Source of the DNA: Silvimonas sp.
Lineage (GTDB): Bacteria; Pseudomonadota; Gammaproteobacteria; Burkholderiales; Chitinibacteraceae
NCBI GenBank assembly: GCA_030151005.1
Contig: JASLES010000114.1
Location: 1 to 50,186 of the forward strand
DNA: 50,186 bases
Reading direction: 5' to 3'
Made by a program: the position numbers and the translations under genes. Shown here in pieces: positions 31,781 through 40,711 of the stretch (its first letter is position 1; every line of letters begins with the position of its first letter). The notes beneath the pieces are model-generated. The model saw nothing but the letters and a program-made list of their open reading frames with translations. It had not been told where the DNA came from and did not search any database.

Positions 31781-32502
31781 TGCCACAGCCGTTGCGTTTT
31801 GTCCTGTTGCAGTTGCTGGCGGTCGCCGTCATGGCGCTGCTGTGGTGGTTTGCACCGGAAACCCCGGTCGGGTTGCTGGCGTTGGTCGGTGGCGTTACCT
31901 CCGCGCTGCTTGCCTGGTTCTGGCATGACGGTCGCTGGTGGTGTGTTATCCACCTGTGTTTTCCGGCCGCCATACTGGCGGCATTGAGCTGGCAGGTGCC
32001 GCCATGGCTGTGGCTGGTGGCGTTTGTGTTGTTGTTCCTGGTCTCTGCCGGTGCAGTTCAAAGCCGGGTGCCCCTGTATTTAAGCAACCGGCGTGCGCTG
32101 GCTTTGTTGTCGCAAGAAATTCCGTCCAATGCCCATGTGATCGATCTTGGTGGTGGTACGGGCACGGTGTTGGCCTGGTTGGGCAAGCACCGGCCGGATG
32201 TAACAGTCACCGGGGTGGAAATGGCCTGGCTGCCCTGGTTGATCGGGCGCTGGCGATTGGGCGCTCGGGCAGACTGGCGTCGCGCTGATGCGTTTACCCA
32301 GAATCTGGCCGGGTTTGATGTGGTCTATGCTTACTTGTCACCTGAACCAATGCCGCGCCTGTGGCAGAAGGTCAAGGCAGAATGCCGGCCTGATTGCCGG
32401 TTGATCAGCAACAGCTTTGGTGTGCCCGGTCAGACACCGGACAAAACCATCGATATTGGCGACTGGAAACACAGCAAGCTTTTGATATGGCAGTCAATCT
32501 AG
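31780..32502 (+). CDS. Membrane-anchored class I SAM-dependent methyltransferase (FAM173/aKMT-like)
   Basis: Hydrophobic N-terminus, VPLYLS, DLGGGTG motif I, GVE, FDVVYAYLSP and LISNSF; ATG overlaps the motB TAA. Confidence 0.82.
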   Translation: MPQPLRFVLLQLLAVAVMALLWWFAPETPVGLLALVGGVTSALLAWFWHDGRWWCVIHLCFPAAILAALSWQVPPWLWLVAFVLLFLVSAGAVQSRVPLYLSNRRALALLSQEIPSNAHVIDLGGGTGTVLAWLGKHRPDVTVTGVEMAWLPWLIGRWRLGARADWRRADAFTQNLAGFDVVYAYLSPEPMPRLWQKVKAECRPDCRLISNSFGVPGQTPDKTIDIGDWKHSKLLIWQSI

Positions 32503-33869
32503 CCCCCTCATTTGCACCATGGATTGCGGAGTGGACCAACCGCCCGCTGCCCATGCTGCAAGCCAGCAAGGATTTGTTGCTGCCGATGCTGCGCCGGCCC
32601 GACCGGGTGCGGCCGGTTGATCTGGTCGATATTGTGTTGCGTGATCCGCTGCTGACGGCGCAAGTGCTGCGTACCGTCAACCATCGTGAACGCACCAGCT
32701 TGTCGGCCGACGTGGTCTCGGTCGAAAACTGCCTCGCGCTGTATGGCATTACGCCGTTTCTGGAACGCTTTGCCAACGGCCCGGTGGCCGAAGCCAGCTT
32801 GTTGCCGGATCGCCCCCACGCAGTGGCAGACTTGCATGCCGCAGTCACCAATCTGCGTTTTGCCGCCAGGCTGGCGCGGGAATACGCCAGCCAGCGCTTT
32901 GATGCCAAGCTCGATGAAATCTTCATCGCCGCCGTGTTGTCTGGCTTGCCGACGCTTCTGGGCATTCTCTCGACCGGAGCCTCCGGTGCGAGCAATGCCG
33001 AGAACGCCGCCTGTGAGATGCTCAGCGCCTGGCACTTCCCGGAGCCCCTCGTGCAGTTGCAGGCGGGTAGCAGCGTAGAAACCCCGCGTCAGTCCATGCA
33101 AGTGGCCGTGCTGAAAATGGCCCGCGCACTAGAGTTTGGCTGGTGGCAGCCCGAGGTAGAAGTTGCGCTGCAAGTGATCTCAGACGTACTGCAAAGCCCG
33201 ACGGATGAATGCTGGAATCTGACCACAACCGCCATCCTGAAGTTTGTCCGCAAAGAAACCGCGCGCAGCGGGCGCTTGCAGGCGGCCTATGCGTTGCCCA
33301 TGTTGCCTGGCCCGTGGGAACCCGTTGCCCCGCCTGAGCCGGCTGCGCCGCCCGTTCCACCAGCCAATCTGTTTGCCGAACGCTTGCATGCGCTGAACGA
33401 TGCTGCGCGCCAGGGCGCGAACGCATCGCAACTGATTGAACTGGCCTTACGCGTGTTTAGCGAGGGCATGGGTATCCAGCGGGCGGCCTTCATGGTGTAT
33501 TCGGCCCAGGACAGCCTGTTGCGGACACGTTTTATCCAGAGCCCGGATGCGCAAGACCGGCTGAAAGATTTCTCGCTGCCCATGGACAACGTCCACCTGT
33601 TTGCGCGTTTGATGACCAAGCCACAAGCAGTCTGGTTGAACGAGCACACCCGGACCAACCTGCAGAAACTGTTGCCGGGCACCTGGTTGCAGCGTTTTGG
33701 AGCAGGGGATTTCTGTGCCATGTCCATTTTCATGAACGAGCGGCCAGTGGGGCTCTTTGTCGGCCAGCGCACGTCTCTTACTCCGCTGGATGAAGCCACC
33801 TTCACCCAGTTCAAACAGGTTTGTTTGCTGGTCAGCCGCGCGCTGGCCGAGCGTAACCACCGCGCCTGA
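32487..33869 (+). CDS. HDOD-domain protein with probable C-terminal GAF-like domain
   Basis: LPML...DIVLRDPLLTAQVLRTVN HDOD signature and EIFIAAVL; Pro linker; C-terminal GIQRAAFM...CAMSIF...PVGLFV GAF-like pattern. Confidence 0.78.
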   Translation: MAVNLAPSFAPWIAEWTNRPLPMLQASKDLLLPMLRRPDRVRPVDLVDIVLRDPLLTAQVLRTVNHRERTSLSADVVSVENCLALYGITPFLERFANGPVAEASLLPDRPHAVADLHAAVTNLRFAARLAREYASQRFDAKLDEIFIAAVLSGLPTLLGILSTGASGASNAENAACEMLSAWHFPEPLVQLQAGSSVETPRQSMQVAVLKMARALEFGWWQPEVEVALQVISDVLQSPTDECWNLTTTAILKFVRKETARSGRLQAAYALPMLPGPWEPVAPPEPAAPPVPPANLFAERLHALNDAARQGANASQLIELALRVFSEGMGIQRAAFMVYSAQDSLLRTRFIQSPDAQDRLKDFSLPMDNVHLFARLMTKPQAVWLNEHTRTNLQKLLPGTWLQRFGAGDFCAMSIFMNERPVGLFVGQRTSLTPLDEATFTQFKQVCLLVSRALAERNHRA

Positions 33870-33888
33870 TTTTTTTCCCGAGAGTGGT

Positions 33889-34665
33889 ATGGAAGTCATT
33901 CATTCACCGCAGAACGCGTTGTACAAGCTTTGCCATAAACTGGCGACGCATCGGCGGGATCGTCTCAAGCAAAAGAAAACCCTGCTCGATGGTGCACATC
34001 TGATTGCCGCCGCACTGGATGCCGGTTGGGTCATCGAAAAACTGCTGGTCACGCCAGATGGGGCCGCCAATCCGGAAGTGGCTGGTTTGATCAAAGCCTG
34101 TGATGTCCCGGCTACGGTACTGGAAAGCGCGCTGTTCAAGGCGTTGTCTGAATTACCCAGCCCCACGGGGGTCATGGCGCTGGTCAGTATTCCCGATAGC
34201 CAACCGCTGCGGCAAACCGGCTTGTGCCTGCTGCTTGACGGGGTGCAAGACCCTGGCAATGTCGGTTCCATTTTGCGTACGGCCGCCGCAGCCGGAGTAG
34301 ACCAGGTCTTGTTGTCCGATCACTGTGCCGATTTGTGGTCACCCAAAGTTTTGCGGGCCGGCATGGGCGCGCATTTTGTACTTGATCTGGTGGAGCGCGC
34401 AGATCTGGCGCAGTTTGCCGACGACTTTGCCGGCCCGGTGGCGGCGTTGATGCTGGACGACGCCCAGGACCTGTATGCCACCAGCCTGAGCGGCAATCTG
34501 GCACTGGTCATGGGGTCGGAAGGCCAGGGCGTGTCTGCCGCGATGACTGCCCGCGCCACTCTGCGGCTGACTATTCCCATGCAACCGGGTATCGAATCTC
34601 TCAACGTGGGTGCTGCTGCGGCCATTTGCCTGTACGAGCGCGTACGGCAAGTCCGCGCAGCCTGA
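33889..34665 (+). CDS. TrmH/SpoU-family RNA 2'-O-methyltransferase
   Basis: LDGVQDPGNVGSILR, GSEGQG and ESLNV SPOUT motifs. Confidence 0.93.
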   Translation: MEVIHSPQNALYKLCHKLATHRRDRLKQKKTLLDGAHLIAAALDAGWVIEKLLVTPDGAANPEVAGLIKACDVPATVLESALFKALSELPSPTGVMALVSIPDSQPLRQTGLCLLLDGVQDPGNVGSILRTAAAAGVDQVLLSDHCADLWSPKVLRAGMGAHFVLDLVERADLAQFADDFAGPVAALMLDDAQDLYATSLSGNLALVMGSEGQGVSAAMTARATLRLTIPMQPGIESLNVGAAAAICLYERVRQVRAA

Positions 34666-34683
34666 GTCTGGCTGCCAACCGCC

Positions 34684-34689
34684 TATAAT
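34684..34689 (+). promoter_or_regulatory. Putative -10 box for the PilZ-like gene and ung
   Basis: Perfect TATAAT in the intergenic gap; no clear -35. Confidence 0.4.
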
Positions 34690-34730
34690 CAGACTATCGT
34701 CTGAGCCGCAACCGTGCTGTGGAACCCGTC

Positions 34731-35228
34731 ATGCCCCATTTTCCAGATGGCCTTTTTTTTGAAGCGCGCCTGCCGCTAACCTGGCAGAACGAACCCGTGC
34801 AACACCCGCTAGAGGCCCAGCGCTATCTGGAGGTACTGGAGGCCATGGACCAGCACCCGCACGAAGAACGCGAGGTCTCGCAGGTGGAGTCCCGGCTGGA
34901 CCTGCAACTGCTGTGGCTGGCGCGTTTGCTCACCCCGCAAAAGCCACCAGAGCGCGATAGCCTGATCGGCATTGAGCACGTGCAATGGGTTCAGTCCGAG
35001 CCGTTAGCCGTGGGCCAGCGTGGTTATGTCGGGTTGATGCTGAGTAACAGTTTGCCGTATCTGATGAGCTTGCCCGCCCAGGTGGAACACATTGAGACTG
35101 GTGACGATGGGCAAATCATTCTGGCGAAATGGGACTACCCCACGCCGGGCCTGAAAGAAGTCTTTGAACGGACGGTTTTTCGTCATCACCGCGAATTCAT
35201 TCGCCGTAATCGTGGAGCAGATTCTTGA
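34731..35228 (+). CDS. Probable atypical (tetrameric) PilZ-domain protein
   Basis: ESRLDLQL..LARLL helix, beta-rich middle and C-terminal FERTVFRHHREFIR, recalled as similar to the Xanthomonas tPilZ family. Alternative GTG start at 34719. Confidence 0.6.
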   Translation: MPHFPDGLFFEARLPLTWQNEPVQHPLEAQRYLEVLEAMDQHPHEEREVSQVESRLDLQLLWLARLLTPQKPPERDSLIGIEHVQWVQSEPLAVGQRGYVGLMLSNSLPYLMSLPAQVEHIETGDDGQIILAKWDYPTPGLKEVFERTVFRHHREFIRRNRGADS

Positions 35229-35902
35229 TTTTTGATGCTATTCCTGCCGCCTGGCAACCGCTACTGGCCGCATTGCGTCAGCACCCCGCGCTGGCAGATC
35301 TGGGCCGGTTTCTGAATGATGAAGCCGCTGCCGGCAAAGTGATCTATCCGCCACGCCCACACTGGTTTGCCGCGCTGGCGCATGTTGCCCCGGCGGATGT
35401 CAAAGTGGTTATCCTGGGGCAGGACCCGTATCACGGCGCAGGGCAGGCTCATGGGCTGAGTTTTTCGGTGCCGCCGGGGATCAAAAAGCCGCCGTCGCTA
35501 AACAATATCTGGAAAGAAATCGCCCGCGATCTGGGGCTGACGCCGCCGCAAGATGGTTCACTGCTGGGTTGGGCGGATCAAGGGGTGTTGTTGCTCAATA
35601 CCGTGTTGACGGTAGAGGCTGATTGCGCGGCATCGCACGCCAAACGCGGCTGGGAAATCCTCACCGATGAGATCATCCGGCAACTGGCCACGCAAGAATC
35701 CGGCATTGTATTCATGCTCTGGGGCAGCCACGCGCAAAAGAAAGCCGCATTGATCGACCGGAGCAAACACCTGGTGCTGGAGTCTGTTCACCCATCGCCC
35801 TTGTCGGCGCACCGCGGGTTTATTGGCAACGGCCATTTCTCTGCCGCCAATCACTATCTGCAAGCACAGCAACGGCCCGTCATCGATTGGGCCAAGGCCT
35901 GA
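35225..35902 (+). CDS. ung: Uracil-DNA glycosylase
   Basis: VVILGQDPYH, GVLLLN and HPSPLS; TTG start overlaps the upstream stop. Confidence 0.97.
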   Translation: MIFDAIPAAWQPLLAALRQHPALADLGRFLNDEAAAGKVIYPPRPHWFAALAHVAPADVKVVILGQDPYHGAGQAHGLSFSVPPGIKKPPSLNNIWKEIARDLGLTPPQDGSLLGWADQGVLLLNTVLTVEADCAASHAKRGWEILTDEIIRQLATQESGIVFMLWGSHAQKKAALIDRSKHLVLESVHPSPLSAHRGFIGNGHFSAANHYLQAQQRPVIDWAKA

Positions 35903-35995
35903 TAAGTACGCCACACCACACAAAAAGCCGCTAAACAGACCGGGAACACCGGCGCACACGGCTTCAGAGCAACCGCAGCGGAACGAAACCCGATC

Positions 35996-36880
35996 ATGTC
36001 TTCCCTTCTTGCCTTCGATATTGGCGGCACGCAGATCAAGTACGGCCTTGTCGGGCCGGATGGCGTGGTAAGCCAGATACAGACTGTCGCTACACCTGCG
36101 CAACAGGGTGGGCCTCACGTGCTTGATTTCTTGTGCGGGCTGGCCGCGCCGCTGATCGCGAAGCATGCCCCGGTTGGCATCGCCGTCAGCACGCTCGGGC
36201 TGGTTGATCCGGTTGAGGGCGTGATCCTGGGGGCTGCGGAGGCAATCCCCGATTACCCCGGCTGTTCTCCCAAGACCGTGCTGACACGCGCATTTGGTCT
36301 GCCGGTGACGGTGGAAAACGATGTGAACTGCGTAGCGCTGGCCGAAGGCTGGACCGGCGCTGCGCAAGGTTGCGCCCACTTTATTGCGTTGACGGTGGGG
36401 ACGGGTATTGGCGGCGGCATTGTCATCAATCACACGCTATACCGTGGTGCGCGCGCGGCCGCAGGTGAATGGGGCTATATGCGCATCGACGGCAAGATGT
36501 GGGAACAGCATGCCTCGACGTCTGCCCTGGTCCGTGCGATTGAGGCTGCCACAGGCGAGGGCGGCTGGAGCGGTGAGCGCATCATGTCCGCCTACGACGG
36601 TGGCGATGCGGTGGTTTGTGCCGTCGTTGCCCAATGGCGTGAACTGCTGGCGACCGGCATTGCCAACCTGATATACGCTTTCAACCCGCAGCGTGTGGTG
36701 GTGGGCGGCGGTATCAGTGCCCGGGGTGAACGTTTCCGGCAAGAGCTTGATGCGGCGATTGATGCCGTGCTGGAAGCGGATTTTCGCGGCACAACGGATA
36801 TTTGCCTTGCCAGTGCGGGCAACCATGCCGGCATGATCGGTGCAGCCCGCAACTGGTGGCTGACCCACACCGCTGCCTGA
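35996..36880 (+). CDS. ROK-family sugar kinase (BglK-like, no Cys-zinc motif)
   Basis: FDIGGT, ENDVN, GTGIGGG, GEWGYM and GGG motifs; no N-terminal HTH. Confidence 0.88.
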   Translation: MSSLLAFDIGGTQIKYGLVGPDGVVSQIQTVATPAQQGGPHVLDFLCGLAAPLIAKHAPVGIAVSTLGLVDPVEGVILGAAEAIPDYPGCSPKTVLTRAFGLPVTVENDVNCVALAEGWTGAAQGCAHFIALTVGTGIGGGIVINHTLYRGARAAAGEWGYMRIDGKMWEQHASTSALVRAIEAATGEGGWSGERIMSAYDGGDAVVCAVVAQWRELLATGIANLIYAFNPQRVVVGGGISARGERFRQELDAAIDAVLEADFRGTTDICLASAGNHAGMIGAARNWWLTHTAA

Positions 36881-36921
36881 AGCCGCACCGTATCAAGCCC
36901 GCAGAGGCAACCGGAGACGAA

Positions 36922-38610
36922 ATGAAAATCCTGTGCAACCACATCGGTTTTACCCCGCACGCACGCAAGCTGGCGACCATTGAAGCGCCGGCCAACGCCG
37001 TCCTGCTGACCTTCAGCCTGTATGACGCCACAACGCGCCAGAAGGTATTGAGCGGCCCGATTACCGCCAGCGGTGCGGTAGATAAATGGAAAGACTGGCA
37101 TTTCTGGCAAGCCGATTTTTCCGCGCTGACCGAGGTGGGTGAGTATTTCATGGTGGTCGATGGCATCCAGCCACCGCTGGTATCGCACACCTTTGCGATC
37201 GATGCGGACCTGTTTGCCGGCCAGATGCTCTCTGACATTGTTCACTACATCAAGGGCCAGCGTTGCACTGGCCTGTATGACAGCGCGGATCGCAGTCGCC
37301 CAAAATTTGACAGTGACGAGCGCCGGGATGTCCACGGCGGCTGGTTTGATGCCTCGGGCGATTGCTCCAAATATCTATCGCATTTGTCCGTCGCCAATTT
37401 CATGAATCCGCAGCAAACACCGCAAGTGGTGTGGAACCTGCTGGACGGCCACGCGCAATTGCCGCCACAACTGAAGTGGTTCAATGAACGCATGGTCGAT
37501 GAAGCCCTGCATGGCGCGGATTTTTTGCTGCGCATGCAAGATCCGGCCGGTTTTTTCTACATGACCTTGTTCGATAAATGGTCCAAGGATGAAAATCAGC
37601 GTGACCTGTGCGCGTATGCCACGCAGCAAGGCATCAAGTCTGACCGGTATCAGGCCGCGTTCCGGCAGGGCGGCGGCATGACCATTGCCGCGCTGGCCCG
37701 CGCCAGCCAGTCCAGCCGTGATGGCGAATTCACGCGCGACCAATATCTGGGTGCGGCGCAAACCGGCTTTGCCCATTTGCAAGAACACAATCTGCGCTAT
37801 CTGGATGATGGCGTGGAAAACATCATCGATGATTATTGCGCCTTGCTGGCCGCAACCGAACTGCTGGCCGCGACTGGCGAGGGCACGTACGCCGACGCCG
37901 CTGTACGGCGGGTCAATAACCTGCTGGTCCGCCAGCATGACGAAGGCTGGTTCCGCGCGGACGAAACCGGCGCGCGTTCGTTCTTTCACGCGGCCGATGC
38001 CGGCTTGCCGGAAATCGCCCTGATGCGTTATCTGGAAGTCGTGCCAGCCAGCCCGTTGGCCGGTAGAATTCGTGCCGCTTTGCGTCTGGCATTTGAATAT
38101 GCCTTGCGCATTACCGGCGAAGAAGTGAACAATCCGTTCGGCTACCCCCGGCAATACGTCTTGCAGCCGGGCAAACCCGGGCAGACGCAGTTCTTCATCC
38201 CGCATGACAATGGAACCGGGTACTGGTGGCAGGGCGAAAATGCGCGGCTGGGCTCAATTGCCGCCGCTGCAGCGCGCGCCAGCCGATTGTTGAGTGAAGA
38301 AACCGCGTTTGCCGAGCAGCTGGATCACTACGCGCAGGCTGCGCTGGACTGGATTCTGGGCCACAATCCGTTTGATAGCTGCATGTTGCAGGGCTGGGGG
38401 CGCAATAATCCGCGCTACGAACCTGGCTATTACAATGCGCCCGGTGGTGTGTGCAACGGCATCACCAGCGGGCTTGAGGATGAAGCAGACATCGATTTCA
38501 AAAAGTCCGAGGTCGCGACCATGGCCAACAGCTGGCGCTGGACCGAACAATGGATGCCGCATGGTGCCTGGCTTTTTCTGGCGCTATGCAGCCGAATCAA
38601 CAAGGAGTAA
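36922..38610 (+). CDS. Cytoplasmic glycoside hydrolase family 9, probable exo-beta-D-glucosaminidase
   Basis: NHIG N-terminus, DVHGGWFDASGD (GH9 catalytic motif), YWWQGENARL and WRWTEQW; no signal peptide; GGAG SD. Confidence 0.85.
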   Translation: MKILCNHIGFTPHARKLATIEAPANAVLLTFSLYDATTRQKVLSGPITASGAVDKWKDWHFWQADFSALTEVGEYFMVVDGIQPPLVSHTFAIDADLFAGQMLSDIVHYIKGQRCTGLYDSADRSRPKFDSDERRDVHGGWFDASGDCSKYLSHLSVANFMNPQQTPQVVWNLLDGHAQLPPQLKWFNERMVDEALHGADFLLRMQDPAGFFYMTLFDKWSKDENQRDLCAYATQQGIKSDRYQAAFRQGGGMTIAALARASQSSRDGEFTRDQYLGAAQTGFAHLQEHNLRYLDDGVENIIDDYCALLAATELLAATGEGTYADAAVRRVNNLLVRQHDEGWFRADETGARSFFHAADAGLPEIALMRYLEVVPASPLAGRIRAALRLAFEYALRITGEEVNNPFGYPRQYVLQPGKPGQTQFFIPHDNGTGYWWQGENARLGSIAAAAARASRLLSEETAFAEQLDHYAQAALDWILGHNPFDSCMLQGWGRNNPRYEPGYYNAPGGVCNGITSGLEDEADIDFKKSEVATMANSWRWTEQWMPHGAWLFLALCSRINKE

Positions 38611-38613
38611 GTA

Positions 38614-39615
38614 ATGACCATCGTGGTTACCGGCGCGGCCGGTTTTATCGGTTCCAACATCGTCAAGGCGCTCAACGAGCGCGGCGAAACCGACATCATC
38701 GCTGTGGACAACCTCACGCGGGGCGACAAGTTCCGCAATCTGGTCGATTGCCAGATTTCGCACTACGTCGACAAAAACGAGTTCATCGCCGAGCTGGCCA
38801 GTGGCCGCTGGGATGGCCAAATCACCGCTATCCTGCATCAGGGTGCGTGTTCCGACACCATGGAACACAACGGCAAGTACATGATGGAAAACAACTATCA
38901 GTACACGCTGGGTCTGTTTGAGTGGTGCCAGGCTGAAGAAGTCCAGTTCATTTATGCGTCCAGCGCGGCCACCTACGGTGCCGGCACGAACGGTTTTCAT
39001 GAAGACCCGGAGTGCGAATCGCCGCTGAACGTCTACGGGTATTCCAAGCTGCTGTTCGATCAGGTTTTGCGTCAGCGCTGGGACGATCTGTCTGCCCAGG
39101 CGGTGGGTTTCCGTTACTTCAACGTGTACGGTGATCGGGAATGGCACAAGGAGCGCATGGCGTCCGTGGCGTTCCACCACTACAACCAGTATCGCCAGAA
39201 CGGCAAGGTCAAACTGTTTGGCGAATACGGCGGTTATCCGGCCGGCGGTCACACCCGTGACTTTGTTTCGGTGGAAGACGTGGTCAAGGTCAACCTGTGG
39301 TTCCTGGATAACGCGGAAGTCTGTGGCGTGTACAACGTGGGCACTGGCCGCGCGCAGCCATTCAATGACGTGGCAACCTCCGTCATCAACACCTTCCGCC
39401 AGCACGAAGGCAAATCGGTGCTGACGCTGGACCAGATCCTGTCTGAAGGGTTGCTGGAGTACACCGAATTCCCGGATGCCCTCAAGGGCAAGTACCAGAG
39501 CTTTACCGAGGCCGATCTGACGCTGTTGCGTGAAGCCGGCTATGACGAGCCATTCATGACCGTCGAAGAAGGTGTGCAGCGCTACGTGGAAACACTGCTC
39601 AAGCGTGGCGCCTGA
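38614..39615 (+). CDS. hldD: ADP-L-glycero-D-manno-heptose 6-epimerase
   Basis: [30 protein letters not shown] and KYQSFT. Confidence 0.97.
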   Translation: MTIVVTGAAGFIGSNIVKALNERGETDIIAVDNLTRGDKFRNLVDCQISHYVDKNEFIAELASGRWDGQITAILHQGACSDTMEHNGKYMMENNYQYTLGLFEWCQAEEVQFIYASSAATYGAGTNGFHEDPECESPLNVYGYSKLLFDQVLRQRWDDLSAQAVGFRYFNVYGDREWHKERMASVAFHHYNQYRQNGKVKLFGEYGGYPAGGHTRDFVSVEDVVKVNLWFLDNAEVCGVYNVGTGRAQPFNDVATSVINTFRQHEGKSVLTLDQILSEGLLEYTEFPDALKGKYQSFTEADLTLLREAGYDEPFMTVEEGVQRYVETLLKRGA

Positions 39616-39636
39616 TCAACCGGCCTGGGTTTGGAC

Positions 39637-39670
39637 AAAAAAAGCCGCATCGTGTGATGCGGCTTTTTTT
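39637..39670. terminator. Bidirectional rho-independent terminator
   Basis: A7-GCCGCATC-gtgt-GATGCGGC-T7 between convergent hldD and araC-family genes. Confidence 0.88.
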
Positions 39671-40589
39671 ACAGGCCCGCGTGACTAGTCACACCAGCAC
39701 GGATTAGCGCAGATTGCATGGCCGGCGCGTCTTCCTGCAATACCCGGCGCAAATGGTAGCGTTTGCGAAACGCCGCAGGAGACATGGCCTTGGCCAGACC
39801 AAACTGCTTGTAGAAATGACTGGGGCTGGGAAAGCCGCTTTCTTCCGCCACCAGCTGGATGGGCATTTGCGAGGTGATCAAGAGATTGCATGCATGGCCT
39901 ATGCGCAATTGCGCCAGCAAACCCGTCATGCTGTCTTGCAGTTGTTCTCGCAACAGGCGTTTGATGGTGGCTTCGCTACTGCGCGTGACCGTGGCCAGAT
40001 CGGCCAGAGTGACCGGCTCCCGGTAGTGTTCATGTAGCCAGGCCAGTGCGGTTTCGACACGTTTGTCCTGGTATTCTGGTGTCGGGGCGCCGCCAATCAA
40101 GCGTGCTTCATGATCCCGTGGTAACTGGTCGAGAATCTGTAGTAACCGACTGAGACGATCCAGCCCACGACTTTGATGTAGCTCGTCAAAAAGCGGTACC
40201 AGCCTGCGCGTGCAAGCCTCGCTAATGACGACGCCTTGCTGCACCTTGCGCAGCCAGTCGGCAAAGCCGATCAGCTCCGGCAAGCCGCCCGTAGCCAGTT
40301 GCTCCAGCCATTCGCGCGTAAAAAAGATGACCTGCACTTCATGACTCTGGCCATCGGCACGGGCTTGCGCCTGCCAGGTGTGCGCCTGATTGGGCGCCAC
40401 CAGGGTCAGATCCAGCTCACCAAACGGGGCCACATCCCCGCCGACATAGCGCATGCCACGGGCGCGACGGGTCAGCGTCAGCTCGTATTCCGGATGATAG
40501 TGCCAGGTAAATGGAACGCGATCGACCAGCAGATGCTGGTAATGCCAGCGCTGCCCGAAGGTCTGTCCCACCATTTCACGTATAAGCAT
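39669..40589 (-). CDS. AraC-family transcriptional regulator (cupin plus double HTH)
   Basis: WHYHPEYELT cupin, GMRYVG, LRIGHAC.LL and ESGF...SHF.KQF....MSP..FR. Confidence 0.92.
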   Translation of the reverse strand: MLIREMVGQTFGQRWHYQHLLVDRVPFTWHYHPEYELTLTRRARGMRYVGGDVAPFGELDLTLVAPNQAHTWQAQARADGQSHEVQVIFFTREWLEQLATGGLPELIGFADWLRKVQQGVVISEACTRRLVPLFDELHQSRGLDRLSRLLQILDQLPRDHEARLIGGAPTPEYQDKRVETALAWLHEHYREPVTLADLATVTRSSEATIKRLLREQLQDSMTGLLAQLRIGHACNLLITSQMPIQLVAEESGFPSPSHFYKQFGLAKAMSPAAFRKRYHLRRVLQEDAPAMQSALIRAGVTSHAGL

Positions 40590-40711
40590 ACGGGTTAAAC
40601 CCTAAGGGTTGGTTTGAGCTAATCCTGTAGAAATTTGCACCATAACAGAACGCAAGTCTAGCCCCAGCGCCTAATATGGAGTGATCTCCACTCTTGGCTC
40701 ACGAGGCTGAT

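Noticed and set aside
35903..35995. Stem AAGCCG/CGGCTT with CAAAAGCC..CTAA upstream of the ROK kinase, superficially like a c-di-GMP-I riboswitch
   Set aside because: Lacks the GGCAAAC/GNRA P2 and GACGCAAAG core; only a generic hairpin is supported.
36872..36881. GCTGCCTGAA, similar to a Neisseriaceae DNA uptake sequence dialect
   Set aside because: Isolated occurrence, with no enrichment apparent across 50 kb.
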